Counted from the first letter of the stretch, positions 1-9,447 are shown. The stretch: DNA of 64,000 bases from Candidatus Doudnabacteria bacterium (GCA_003151625.1 PLYC01000010.1:133515-197514); one strand, 5' to 3'. A program made the numbers and translations. The notes: a model not told the origin generated them from the letters alone.

Positions 1-36
1 CACGCCAAGGTTAAATATAAAACCATAAGCCACAAG

Positions 37-498
37 GTGGTTTATACGGCTCATGATGCGGCGCAGACGACTAAGAAGAAACTTTCGGAAATAGCTAAGG
101 TAGTTTTGGTTAAGGCTGATAAAGATTTTGTGCTGATAGTTTTACCGGCGGGGAAATACGTGGATTTAAAAGCAGTACAAAAAGCCTTGGCCTCCGCCAA
201 AGGCGGATCCGCCTCCGGCGGAAAAAAAGTCAGTATGGCTTCAGAAAAGGACATTACCAAATATCTTAAGACGAAAGTCGGCTTACTCCATCCTTTTGGC
301 TCCGAATACCCCGCACCAGTCGCTTCGCTCCGGTACGGGGCAAGTAATCTTCAAACACTTCTTGATAAAGGGATGGCGAGATCTAAAAAAATGATTGCAT
401 CTGCCGGAACTTTTACAGACAGCGTGGAAGTAGGGCTAAAAGATTTTCAAAAAATAGTGAAACCGATGCTGGGAAATTTTGCAAAGTCAAAAAAATAA
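37..498 (+). CDS. YbaK/ProX-like aminoacyl-tRNA deacylase domain protein
   Basis: Motifs VVLVKADKDFVLIVLPAGKYVDLKAVQKAL and GLLHPFG are typical of YbaK/ProX trans-editing domains. Complete 153 aa ORF. Confidence 0.6.
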   Translation: MVYTAHDAAQTTKKKLSEIAKVVLVKADKDFVLIVLPAGKYVDLKAVQKALASAKGGSASGGKKVSMASEKDITKYLKTKVGLLHPFGSEYPAPVASLRYGASNLQTLLDKGMARSKKMIASAGTFTDSVEVGLKDFQKIVKPMLGNFAKSKK

Positions 499-501
499 CA
501 A

Positions 502-1224
502 ATGCTCCAAGCCAAAGTAAAACAATTTGAAGGTCCGCTTGATTTACTGCTCAACTTAATCGAGCAGAGACAGCTGGATATTACAACTATTGCCTTGGCC
601 GAAGTGACCGAGCAATTTTTGCAGTATTTAAAACAATTGGAAAAAATTGACCCGACGGTTTTAGCGGATTATTTGTCCATTGCCGCAAAACTTTTAGTAA
701 TAAAGTCTAAAGCAATTCTGCCCACCCTTGAACTGGAAGTTGAGGAAGAAGACGCCGGTTTTGATTTGGAAGCCAGGTTAATTTTGTACAAACAATTCAA
801 AGAAGCCGCTAAGTATTTTAAAAAACTGGACAATAAGAGAAGGCAGGCCTTTTTACGCTCCGTGACCTTCGAGCAAAAAGTCAGCTTTTATCCCGACCCT
901 TCCGTTACCACAAAAGAACTTCACACTGCGATTTTAACGGTTTTAAGCGGACTTAAAGAGCTAGACAATCTGCCTAAGGCCAAACTAAAAGAAGCCATAT
1001 CCATTCAGGAAAAAATTGACCATTTAAGGGATCTCTTAAGCTCCAAAATAGAAACCCGTCTTAGCGATTTAATAAAAACCGCCAAAAATAAAGGCGAAAT
1101 AATTGTGACTTTTTTGGCGTTGCTCGAATTAATTAAACAAAAAGTCTTTGTGGCCGACCAGGAAGCCATGTTTGCCGACGTGGTAATAAAAAAATATGAA
1201 AACAGACCTGTAACAAATGAGTAA
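502..1224 (+). CDS. scpA: Segregation and condensation protein A (ScpA)
   Basis: N-terminus FEGPLDLLLNLIEQRQLDITTIALAEVTEQFLQYL is the ScpA signature. It is followed by scpB. Confidence 0.85.
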   Translation: MLQAKVKQFEGPLDLLLNLIEQRQLDITTIALAEVTEQFLQYLKQLEKIDPTVLADYLSIAAKLLVIKSKAILPTLELEVEEEDAGFDLEARLILYKQFKEAAKYFKKLDNKRRQAFLRSVTFEQKVSFYPDPSVTTKELHTAILTVLSGLKELDNLPKAKLKEAISIQEKIDHLRDLLSSKIETRLSDLIKTAKNKGEIIVTFLALLELIKQKVFVADQEAMFADVVIKKYENRPVTNE

Positions 1225-1456
1225 AACACTTATTGGGTTGATATTTATATTAGCCGGGGTGATTTACGGAGCCATGGCCGTGGACGGAATTTACAACCAC
1301 ACGCTCGGCTGGCTGCTCGCTAATGATTGGATAAAACCGCCGCAACCGGGCAAAAATAACGCGAGCAATTTTTTGGGTCGCAAGCCGCTAATTTTATTAT
1401 ATTCAGCTATTTTAATTATTATTGGCCTATTTATTTTATGGAACAGGAACAACTAA
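1217..1456 (+). CDS. Small two-TM membrane protein (hypothetical)
   Basis: 79 aa ORF between scpA and scpB with two hydrophobic segments. Its ends overlap both neighbours. Confidence 0.35.
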   Translation: MSKTLIGLIFILAGVIYGAMAVDGIYNHTLGWLLANDWIKPPQPGKNNASNFLGRKPLILLYSAILIIIGLFILWNRNN

Positions 1457-2304
1457 ACACGGTTGGCAAAACTAATGATCAATCGGTTGGCAATCAGGAT
1501 GTGGATAGTAAACAAATACTAAAAGAAAAAGCTCCCAAGCTGACCGCAAACGGCGTGAAAAAAATATTAGAGGCGGTACTTTTTGTGGCCAGCAAGCCTT
1601 TTAAGGCGAAAGATTTTGCCAAAATATTTGAATTGGAGGAATCTGCGGTAAAACTGGCGCTCGATGCTTTGGCCGAAGAAAAAAAAGATTCCGGGATTGT
1701 GCTTTTAGAAAATAGGGGTGAGTATCAGCTTTCCACAAACAGCGCCTGCTCAACACAGGTGAAAAATTTTCTTAACGCGGAATTGCGGGAAAAATTAACA
1801 GACGCGACAGTGGAAGTATTAGCTATTATTGCCTATCGCCAGCCTATTTCCAAAGCAGAAATAGAAGCTATTAGAGGTGTAAACTCCCAATACAGCCTAA
1901 GGCATTTACTTATGCGCGGGTTGATAGAAAAAATTAACAACCCGGCCGATGCCCGTAGCTTTTTATACCAAACCACAACGGAATTCTTAATGCACATGGG
2001 CATGATTTCTGTCAGCGAATTGCCGGAATTCGCAAAACTGGTGGAAAACATTAAGCTTCCCCAAACAGCCGGTTTAAACCAGCAAGCTTCCCCTGTGGAG
2101 GCAAATGATAATAACCCGATTGAAGAATTAGAAGTCCTAACTACAAAAATGGGATCACAAGATTCCGTAAAAACGGAAAACAATTTGGAAAAAACACAAA
2201 CCGAAAGTTCAAATATCACGCCGCAGGAGCCTGCTACAGAGGTCATACCTAACAAACAAACAGAAGAAGATGATGATGCTGAAGACGACGATGAAGAAGA
2301 ATAG
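1438..2304 (+). CDS. scpB: Segregation and condensation protein B (ScpB) with acidic C-terminal tail
   Basis: Motifs ILEAVLFVASKP, AYRQPISKAEIEAIRGV and LLMRGLIE. C-terminal run EEDDDAEDDDEEE. Confidence 0.85.
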   Translation: MEQEQLNTVGKTNDQSVGNQDVDSKQILKEKAPKLTANGVKKILEAVLFVASKPFKAKDFAKIFELEESAVKLALDALAEEKKDSGIVLLENRGEYQLSTNSACSTQVKNFLNAELREKLTDATVEVLAIIAYRQPISKAEIEAIRGVNSQYSLRHLLMRGLIEKINNPADARSFLYQTTTEFLMHMGMISVSELPEFAKLVENIKLPQTAGLNQQASPVEANDNNPIEELEVLTTKMGSQDSVKTENNLEKTQTESSNITPQEPATEVIPNKQTEEDDDAEDDDEEE

Positions 2305-2311
2305 CCAAATC

Positions 2312-2448
2312 TATTGCGGCAACTGCTCGTAAGATTCTTTTGGCGATGTGGGGATTTCCTGTTTAAGCTGAACCTTAGCACATCCGACAGCCAATAAGGC
2401 AAGCAAGCTCAAAAGTAAAATAAATCTTTTTTTGTTTGTTATCATAAA
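2312..2448 (-). CDS. Possible small lipoprotein (44 aa)
   Basis: Manual translation gives MITNKKRFILLLSLLALLAVGCAKV..., with a lipobox-like AVGC. Not in the ORF track because it is under 60 aa. Ends are approximate. Confidence 0.25.
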
Positions 2449-2491
2449 TTTCCTGCATATAATAAATTGCGTGGCCGCGTAATTTATTATA

Positions 2492-3250
2492 TCACCTTAT
2501 TAGCAATGCCGCGCCCAAGGCGCCGGCGTTTTTTAATTTGGAAACCACAATACGAGGTTTTACTCTATAAGTTGAAAACATATTGGCGCAAATTGTTTCG
2601 GCATTTTTCACAAATTTGCGTTTACTATCGGTTGAGACTCCCCCGCCCAAAACTATAATATCCGGATCAAGCATGCGGCAAATATTCCACAATAAGAGGC
2701 TTACGATTTGTGACAGCTGCCTGTTATTATGGGAGTCGCGGGCTTTTTGAAAAAGACTTTCAAAAGTGTGCTTGCCGTCGTAAAGCATCCGGCCTACTTC
2801 TCCGGCTCCATAATGCCCTCCGGTATAAACTTTTCCGTCTAAAACAAAACCGCTGCCTACGCCGGTTCCTAAGATTACACCGACAACACTGTTATAATTC
2901 TTTCCTTGCCCTAATTTTGCTTCGGCGTAAGCAAAACACTTGGCATCGTTTGCGACCTCGAGTTTGAATTTATTCCCAAATAATTTTTTAAAATTAAAAT
3001 TGTTAATATACTTAATGTTCGGCGAATAAACGGCCGTTTGCTTTTTTATATTTATCACTCCTGCCATGCCTATGCCAATGCCGGTAATTTTCCGTCCGAC
3101 CGATAAAAAAGCCACCAAATGTTTTAGGCCATATGCAAAATCAGCCGCTGTTTTTGGAGTGACGATGGTCAGTTCTTTAATAACTTTTTTCCCGTCAAAC
3201 AAAATACCGGCGATTTTTGTCCCCCCAATATCTATTCCAATAATGTACAT
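2492..3250 (-). CDS. ROK-family sugar kinase (glucokinase-like)
   Basis: N-terminus YIIGIDIGGTKIAGILFDGK and GILGTGVGSGFVLDGKVYTGGHYGAGEVG are ROK signatures. Confidence 0.75.
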   Translation of the reverse strand: MYIIGIDIGGTKIAGILFDGKKVIKELTIVTPKTAADFAYGLKHLVAFLSVGRKITGIGIGMAGVINIKKQTAVYSPNIKYINNFNFKKLFGNKFKLEVANDAKCFAYAEAKLGQGKNYNSVVGVILGTGVGSGFVLDGKVYTGGHYGAGEVGRMLYDGKHTFESLFQKARDSHNNRQLSQIVSLLLWNICRMLDPDIIVLGGGVSTDSKRKFVKNAETICANMFSTYRVKPRIVVSKLKNAGALGAALLIR

Positions 3251-3255
3251 AGTAC

Positions 3256-3335
3256 TAAATAAAATTGACCAAAATTAAATAAAATTAAATAAAATTTGGA
3301 GATGTCTCTCAATTTTACTTATTTTTACTTAATTT
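3256..3335. repeat. AT-rich inverted-array element R5 (AAATAAAATT direct repeats facing AATTTTACTT repeats). Other copies at 9265-9370 and 57640-57735
   Basis: All three copies share the core aaattgaccaWaattaaRtaaaatt ... aattttacttaattttatttaatt. Confidence 0.5.
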
Positions 3336-3338
3336 TAT

Positions 3339-4328
3339 TTAATTCTTAAATAACTCTCTTGCCCTGTCCCAAAACTCCGGATGCCCGTGTTGCTGCATCC
3401 AATACCACCATTCTACACCCCATAGGTACTGCGGCGAAAACCCGGTTCCCGCGGCATGGGAAATAATTGTATTAAAATTATACATACTCATTGTTTTAAA
3501 CTGCTGGTCTATGGGCGTATTTGGAATGCCGGCGGTTGTCCATGGCTCTGCCTCAAGCTCGACTATCATTACTGGCTTGCCCGGATGAAGCACTCTTAAC
3601 AGCCCTGCTTTGAAACGGTAAAACCACGAAAAAAAATAAAAGTTTGTCCAATAGCGGTGCAGCACATCGGAATAAACATACCGGTAGTATGTTGTGCCAA
3701 ATTCATCTCCTCTGTCGCCCGCTTTAACCCACCAGTTTAGCTCACCGCTGTCGGTAATTAAAACCGAGCGGGACGGATCTAAATTTTTTACCAAAGCAAT
3801 TTCCTTATCAAAAAAGTTGACATCGAGCGGCGGACAGGGGCCAAATGAAGATAAAAATGGTTCGTTTTCCACCTGCCAAGTAGTTACAGAGCTGTCACCC
3901 TGGTATTTTTGTACCACAGTTTCTACATAAGACAACTGGGCATTTTGTTCGTCGGCAATTGATAATTTTGATGCCCATCCAGGTTCGTGACACTCCGGCC
4001 AACGCGGCAGGCGCTTACCAACAGCTAGAACTACCTGGACATGATTTTGCTTAGCCAAATCCAGCATATAATTTATATCATCAAAATTATATTGGTCGCG
4101 AGTATTTTCTACCTCGTCCCAATAAACCGGAATGCGGATTAATTTTACGCCGAGATCTTGGGTTGTGGACGCGTATGCCGCTTTCCAATCTATGCCCAAA
4201 CCCTGGGCGTAAGGCACGCTAAAAGTCACTCCGTACTGGATTTTTTTTGCTTTGGTACCGGCATTAAGCGTTACACACCAAATCGCCAGAACAATTAAAA
4301 TTACGGCAATTAATATTTTTCTTAACAT
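3339..4328 (-). CDS. Secreted glycoside hydrolase, clan GH-A (GH5-like TIM barrel)
   Basis: N-terminal signal peptide MLRKILIAVILIVLAIWCVTLNA. Motif WQVENEP carries the NEP acid/base; YWDEVE is also present. Confidence 0.6.
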   Translation of the reverse strand: MLRKILIAVILIVLAIWCVTLNAGTKAKKIQYGVTFSVPYAQGLGIDWKAAYASTTQDLGVKLIRIPVYWDEVENTRDQYNFDDINYMLDLAKQNHVQVVLAVGKRLPRWPECHEPGWASKLSIADEQNAQLSYVETVVQKYQGDSSVTTWQVENEPFLSSFGPCPPLDVNFFDKEIALVKNLDPSRSVLITDSGELNWWVKAGDRGDEFGTTYYRYVYSDVLHRYWTNFYFFSWFYRFKAGLLRVLHPGKPVMIVELEAEPWTTAGIPNTPIDQQFKTMSMYNFNTIISHAAGTGFSPQYLWGVEWWYWMQQHGHPEFWDRARELFKN

Positions 4329-4331
4329 AAT

Positions 4332-5216
4332 TTATATAAACAAAAATATTGTTCCCAAAAAAATCAAAATTACGCCAAAACTTTTCTGTGTAAAAATGTG
4401 CCGGCCGGAATCTTCTTCTATTAAATGCCGGCGCTTTTTGCTTAAAAACAAACTAAACAGCAGCAAAAATATGTATCTAAAACCCTGTAGGCCGTTTACT
4501 ATGGCAATTTTGCCTAATACCAATAAAAAGCTAAAAAAAACAAAGTTTAAACCGCCTAACAACTGCTTGAATAAAAACATTATCGACGTTCCGGTCTTAT
4601 TTTTTATGGCTTCGGTGGCAAAAACTTTTTTCTTGAACGAGGGAAGAATTAACAGCGCCAATAAAACCAAAGCCGCGCCTAGCCGGTTCCACATTAGATT
4701 ATTTAAAACCGGCCCCACTTGGGAGCTGTATTGCCATAGCGCGTAATAAACGCTAAATAAAAAAGCGCTTAAAACTTTGAGGCTGACATGTTTGCCCCAG
4801 CCGCTGGATTGTTGATGTGAAATTAGCAGAGCGCCGGGAATAAGCAAAAACATCGCCGCCACCTCGTTTACCCGCAAAATGTTCCTGCCGGTTAAAACTG
4901 AAATTAAAATATCAAAAACCGGAACAAGACCAAACACAAATGGTACCACCCGGGAAACTTCTCCTTGTGACAGGGCTTTAAAAAAGACATAAATCGCCAA
5001 CGAAAACATGGCGCCGGAAAGCATGCACAGAAAAATTAAATGCGCCGGGAGGCTGTAGTAACTCCAAGGCCACGCGGCCAACAAAACCAAACCGGTAACC
5101 ACTGTGTAAAAAGTGTATTTAACCGGCTCCAGTTTGCGCGCGGTAATCAAAAACTTATCCATTAAGTCGACAACGGCCTGGATAAGGTACTGAAAAATTG
5201 TAAGAAAAATAATCAT
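4332..5216 (-). CDS. Polytopic membrane protein (possible DMT/EamA-like permease)
   Basis: About eight or more hydrophobic helices. Its start overlaps the GH1 gene stop (ATGA). Family assignment is uncertain. Confidence 0.5.
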   Translation of the reverse strand: MIIFLTIFQYLIQAVVDLMDKFLITARKLEPVKYTFYTVVTGLVLLAAWPWSYYSLPAHLIFLCMLSGAMFSLAIYVFFKALSQGEVSRVVPFVFGLVPVFDILISVLTGRNILRVNEVAAMFLLIPGALLISHQQSSGWGKHVSLKVLSAFLFSVYYALWQYSSQVGPVLNNLMWNRLGAALVLLALLILPSFKKKVFATEAIKNKTGTSIMFLFKQLLGGLNFVFFSFLLVLGKIAIVNGLQGFRYIFLLLFSLFLSKKRRHLIEEDSGRHIFTQKSFGVILIFLGTIFLFI

Positions 5217-6448
5217 GCGGGTTTTGTTTCTACTTCGTATTCAAACTGATTATTTTTACATATCTCCGCGTATTTTAAAGCGCTATAGCGGACTTTGCGG
5301 CGCAATAAATCATTCCTGTCAATTTCTATAAGTCCGAATTTTGGCCCGTGCCCTTCCTCCCATTCAAAATTATCAGTTAACGACCAGTGCAAATAGCCCC
5401 GGACATCCGCGCCGCGTGAAATGGCCTTATAGACATAATACAAGTTGTCTTTTATATATTTCTCCCGCCGGCTGTCTTTGGCGTCTGCCAGCCCATTTTC
5501 CAAAATATATATTGGTTTGCCAAAATCTTTTAATCCCATTAATACAGGCTCCATACCTTCGGGATGAATGCCCCATCCGCGGTCGGTTAATTCGTGTTTG
5601 TGGGCGCTATGTCTCCGCCATCCTAAAATACTTAAGTGGTGATGAAAATAATAATTTACGCCAATAAAGTCGCAAAATTTAATCGTTCTCGACAAAATAT
5701 AACTGTTGGCAAAGTATCGGACTATTCGAACCGCGAACTCGCCCAAAAACCCGCTCGGCTCCAGGTCCACCTGGTTAAAAGCCATACTTACAGGGGCGGG
5801 ATAATTCTGTTTAATGTAAACACTTAACTCGTTATGTGCGGAAATTAAATTATTTACGGTTCGCAAAGTTAAAAATAGGTTCTTTTTTTGGGGAGGAAAA
5901 GTTCCCACCAAATAGGACTGCATTGCGTAAAGCTCTGGCTCGTTAATAGTTACCCAAAAATCCACATATTGGGAATACCGCGCCACCATTTTTTTTGCGT
6001 AATTTAAAAAGTGTATCAAATTTTGTTTTTTACTAAAACCGCCTTTTTTGGCGAACCAAAGAGGGTTGGTATAATGATGCAGGGTTAAAAACACCGTCAA
6101 CCCATGGTATTTAGCCGACTGGAATATTTTTTCATAATGATCCATTACCGCTTCATCGAACACCCCTTCTTTGGGCTGAATTCTCGACCATTCTATGCCA
6201 AACCTTATGGCATTATGGTTTAAATGCTGGGCAAGTGAGAAATCTTCGTCAAAACGGTGGTAAAAATCGCAGGCCTCGCCGGAACAAAAACCGGCAGGAT
6301 CAAGACCCTTAGCTCTAAGCTCCATTTCTCTTTTTTGGCTGTGCTCCCAAGTCCACCAATCGGCATTGGTGTTTCCGCCTTCCGTTTGATACGAACTTGA
6401 GGCCGCGCCCCACAAAAAATCTTTTGGGAATTTTAGTATTTGTTTCAT
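5213..6448 (-). CDS. GH1 beta-glucosidase
   Basis: FLWGAASSSYQTEGG N-terminal signature, TINEP acid/base and YILENG nucleophile motifs. Confidence 0.85.
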   Translation of the reverse strand: MKQILKFPKDFLWGAASSSYQTEGGNTNADWWTWEHSQKREMELRAKGLDPAGFCSGEACDFYHRFDEDFSLAQHLNHNAIRFGIEWSRIQPKEGVFDEAVMDHYEKIFQSAKYHGLTVFLTLHHYTNPLWFAKKGGFSKKQNLIHFLNYAKKMVARYSQYVDFWVTINEPELYAMQSYLVGTFPPQKKNLFLTLRTVNNLISAHNELSVYIKQNYPAPVSMAFNQVDLEPSGFLGEFAVRIVRYFANSYILSRTIKFCDFIGVNYYFHHHLSILGWRRHSAHKHELTDRGWGIHPEGMEPVLMGLKDFGKPIYILENGLADAKDSRREKYIKDNLYYVYKAISRGADVRGYLHWSLTDNFEWEEGHGPKFGLIEIDRNDLLRRKVRYSALKYAEICKNNQFEYEVETKPA

Positions 6449-6690
6449 TGGTTTGTTTATAAGCTTTTACCGAACACCAACCAGGCTAGAAAACTACATT
6501 GGGGTAGAAAATTTTATTTTAGTACTTTTAGTTTCTTTGGCATTCAGTAGAAATATACCTATATATTATGCCACACTTGGCTAAATTATCAAAATCTGAT
6601 AAGATTGGTAAGACCTATAGGTCATATAGGACAAATAAAGACTTTGATTTGCAATCTTAAATCTAAAATCTTTAACCTAATATCAAACAC

Positions 6691-6765
6691 GGCGCTATCA
6701 TCTAATGGTTAGGATAAGTGGTTCTCATCCACTAAATCCGGGTCCGATTCCCGGTAGCGCTACCA
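6691..6765 (+). tRNA. tRNA-Glu (anticodon CUC)
   Basis: Manual cloverleaf: acceptor GGCGCTA/TAGCGCT, anticodon stem AGTGG/CCACT with loop TTCTCAT, T-arm GGGTC-CGATTCC-CGG(T)AGC, 3' CCA encoded. Confidence 0.8.
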
Positions 6766-6772
6766 AAATTAA

Positions 6773-6804
6773 AATACCGCAATGCATGCGGTATTTTAAT
6801 TTTA
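6773..6804 (+). terminator. Rho-independent terminator after tRNA-Glu
   Basis: Hairpin ATACCGC-AATGCAT-GCGGTAT followed by a T-rich run. Confidence 0.6.
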
Positions 6805-7184
6805 TCCCGAGCGAGTCCTGCAAAGCAGGACTAGTCGAGAGGCAAAACTAAATTAATTGTATCGGACAATTTTTCTTAGACCAAATGTCGCTGATGGCCA
6901 GTAAATAGACACGCTACGCTTAATATACGCGGCCGGCCACTAAATTCTAGGCCATAAAACTCCCTTAAACTGACTGTTCACGATTAGTGGGACTCCGCGC
7001 AGGGATTGGACGCGCAGAGAGATTTCCCTTACCGGACAGCGGTGTTGGCGGTTTGAACCGGATGAGCAATGAGCACATAGGCCGGAAAGCTGGGAAAGAA
7101 TATTTTGTTTTATTTTCATCATTTCTGACATATAGTTAAACATTTAGCAGTTAGCAATTAGCCCTTAGCCAACCACTTATTAGT

Positions 7185-7535
7185 TTATCTGTTTATTAAA
7201 AGCACGCTAAGTATTTTCATCACCTCTTCTAGCAAAGAATCAACTTTGGTAAAATTTAAATTTTTTCCCAATGGAAGTTTTTTTGCAATTTCAATTTGAG
7301 TTTCAAGCCCCGCTCCCGAACCAAACGCTATGGATAAAAAATGATAGAATTCTTTATCGGAGCCGCGTCGTCTCCCCTCAGCAATATTTGAAGGCATTGA
7401 TACTCCGCATCGTCTCGACTGAGAAACCAATCCGTACAACTCACTCCTAGGGTAATTCTCTGTAAGTAGATAAACTTCTAATACCAACTCCATCGATTTC
7501 TGCCAGACTATTAAATTTTTATAATTGGGCTGCAT
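7185..7535 (-). CDS. Four-helix-bundle protein (TIGR02436 / 23S rRNA IVS protein family)
   Basis: Motifs NLIVWQKSMELVLEVY, SQSRRCGVSMPSNIAEGRRRGSDKEFYHFLSIAFGS and ETQIEIAKKL. Confidence 0.75.
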   Translation of the reverse strand: MQPNYKNLIVWQKSMELVLEVYLLTENYPRSELYGLVSQSRRCGVSMPSNIAEGRRRGSDKEFYHFLSIAFGSGAGLETQIEIAKKLPLGKNLNFTKVDSLLEEVMKILSVLLINR

Positions 7536-7582
7536 GTGTTTGTTTGGCTGAACGCTACCAGCTAAATGCTAACTGCTAGCAA

Positions 7583-8200
7583 CTACTCTAAGCTTCTAAT
7601 TACACCGACCACTTTACCCTGCACCATCCATTCTTCTTTGGGGTAAATATTTTTGTAGTCCGGGTTTTCCGCTTTTAGATAGGCGCGATTCTTTATTTGA
7701 ATAAAGCGTTTAACCGTGGCTTCGTCGTGGAGCAAGGCTACGACAATGTCATTATTTTTTACATCGTGGGTTGGGCGGACAATAACTAAATCTCCCTCAA
7801 AAATTCCGGCGTTTATCATACTGTCGCCTCTGACTTTTAACAAAAAAACGTCACGGCGGCTTTTAATTAATGTTTGCGGCAAATTAATCCATTCCTCTAT
7901 ATTTTCTTCGGCTAGATGAGGAGTACCGGCCTGAATATTCCCGAGCAGAGGAACTGCCACCAAACCTTTTTGCAAACTTTGGCCAAGGGAATTTAAAACT
8001 TCTATTCCTCTGGCCTTGCCCGTAGTTTTAACAAACCCCTGATCTTCCAAAGCGTTTAACAGCTTTGCAACACCATTTTTGGATTTAACCTTTAAAAAGG
8101 TTGCCATTTCGGAAATACTTGGCGGCAAACTATGATTTCTAATTTGCTCTATAATAAAATGCAACAACTCCTTTTGTCGGTCTGTAATTTCTTTTGGCAT
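7583..8200 (-). CDS. lexA: LexA repressor (S24 peptidase)
   Basis: N-terminal wHTH LTDRQKELLHFI, cleavage-site region VPLLGNIQAG, catalytic GDSM and a downstream Lys. Confidence 0.9.
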   Translation of the reverse strand: MPKEITDRQKELLHFIIEQIRNHSLPPSISEMATFLKVKSKNGVAKLLNALEDQGFVKTTGKARGIEVLNSLGQSLQKGLVAVPLLGNIQAGTPHLAEENIEEWINLPQTLIKSRRDVFLLKVRGDSMINAGIFEGDLVIVRPTHDVKNNDIVVALLHDEATVKRFIQIKNRAYLKAENPDYKNIYPKEEWMVQGKVVGVIRSLE

Positions 8201-8271
8201 ATATTTATTTATTAATGTTTACTTCTAAATAATATACGAACGTTCACCGAGTGTCAAATGCCCATAAACAT

Positions 8272-8285
8272 TGTACATTTGTACA
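8272..8285. promoter_or_regulatory. Candidate LexA operator TGTACATTTGTACA (GTAC-N4-GTAC palindrome) upstream of lexA
   Basis: Perfect palindrome in the lexA 5' region. A second palindrome GAACGTTC lies at 8239-8246. Confidence 0.45.
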
Positions 8286-8408
8286 CCTGAATTGAGTTAT
8301 CCACAGCACCTAGCGATTTGCCCTTAGCATTTAGCCAAACAAAAACCAGCACTTTACTCGTGCTGGCTAACTGCTAAACGCTAATTGCTAAATACTAACT
8401 ACTAAAGC

Positions 8409-8651
8409 CTACTTCGTATTCAGCAAAAACTTAATAAACACAACCAGAGCCTCCCAAACATTTTGCAGAATAGATTTACTTGCCGGCAAAAGAATAACTA
8501 AGGCAATAAGGAAAATCCAGTCCTTTTTTAAGACTTTAAATATAGAGTAAACAATTAACACAGCCAAACCAATGGAAATTAGCGGCCGTAGATTAACCGG
8601 AAAATTATTTAAGAATTGCAAGTATAGATTTTGGATATCGGCTAACGACAT
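8409..8651 (-). CDS. Small membrane protein (hypothetical)
   Basis: 80 aa with two hydrophobic helices. Confidence 0.35.
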   Translation of the reverse strand: MSLADIQNLYLQFLNNFPVNLRPLISIGLAVLIVYSIFKVLKKDWIFLIALVILLPASKSILQNVWEALVVFIKFLLNTK

Positions 8652-8695
8652 ATCTTTAATTCTGGATTATTTTAGGGCTTAAGTCCCATATTCTA

Positions 8696-9304
8696 CTATT
8701 TTTTCTTGCTTAATTCGTCTGTAACCACCAGATGCCTGTAATCAAACACATCTTTAATAAATTTGTCAAAAGTATTGCGGCGCTGTAAAAATTCGTCTAC
8801 CGTCATTACGCTATAATTAATTTCCTGCCCCATCATTTTTTCCGCTGCTTTTAGGAAATCCGATAATTTCTTTAAATTTATTTTACCGACCAGTAAAACG
8901 TCTACCGGTAAATTAGGGTAGCCGGTAAAAATACCGCTCAAAAAAGCCGCGCGAACATCGCCCAGGCGTTTTATCGCGGAGAATAACTCGTCTTTACCCT
9001 TTTGCGAATTTTTTGCCCAAAAATTTTTAATTTCCGGCAGGAGTTTATAGTGCGAGTTAATATAATAATATTTTTTGCTTTTTTTGGAAAAAACAGCCAA
9101 GAGCCCGACACTCGCCAATTTAGCCAGACTATGAGCAGTCTTTAAATACGGGGTATGCAGTCTCCTGGAGACCTCTAAAACCGAGAAGCTCCTTTCAGGC
9201 ATACTAAGAAAAAAACTTAAAATACCGGAATCTGTTTTAGAGTCTATAATTTCTTCAAGCATAAAATAATTGACAAAAATGACATAATTGAACAAAATTG
9301 ACAA
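8696..9304 (-). CDS. Hypothetical protein (possible wHTH regulator)
   Basis: 202 aa ORF. The track start is TTG; the first ATG is at residue 15. No recognisable family. Confidence 0.45.
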   Translation of the reverse strand: MSILFNYVIFVNYFMLEEIIDSKTDSGILSFFLSMPERSFSVLEVSRRLHTPYLKTAHSLAKLASVGLLAVFSKKSKKYYYINSHYKLLPEIKNFWAKNSQKGKDELFSAIKRLGDVRAAFLSGIFTGYPNLPVDVLLVGKINLKKLSDFLKAAEKMMGQEINYSVMTVDEFLQRRNTFDKFIKDVFDYRHLVVTDELSKKK

Positions 9305-9406
9305 AAATGGGGTGCTACATAATTATGTCAATTTTTTAAATTTTACTTAATTTTGCTCAATTCATTTTATTATACCATATCTATGGAGATTATCCCAGGG
9401 CAAATT

Positions 9407-9434
9407 TTGAATTTGGGTATAAATGTGGTATAAT
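9407..9434 (+). promoter_or_regulatory. Sigma70-type promoter (TTGAAT-16-TGgTATAAT)
   Basis: -35 TTGAAT at 9407-9412 and extended -10 TGGTATAAT at 9426-9434, upstream of the structured leader and the 9614 gene. Confidence 0.55.
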
Positions 9435-9447
9435 CAGATTAAAGATT

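Noticed and set aside
1833-2402. 189-aa minus-strand ORF overlapping scpB
   Set aside because: Antisense to a conserved gene. Ser-rich low-complexity translation. No start context.
6800-7185. GC-richer segment (cggacagcggtgttggcggtttgaaccggatgagc...) checked as RNase P RNA, SRP RNA, tmRNA or an rRNA IVS
   Set aside because: No match to the conserved cores I know (GGAAAGUCCGG, AGGGUGAAA, the SRP GGAA tetraloop region, or a tRNA-like 3' end). The 6940-7143 ORF has no support either. Left unannotated.
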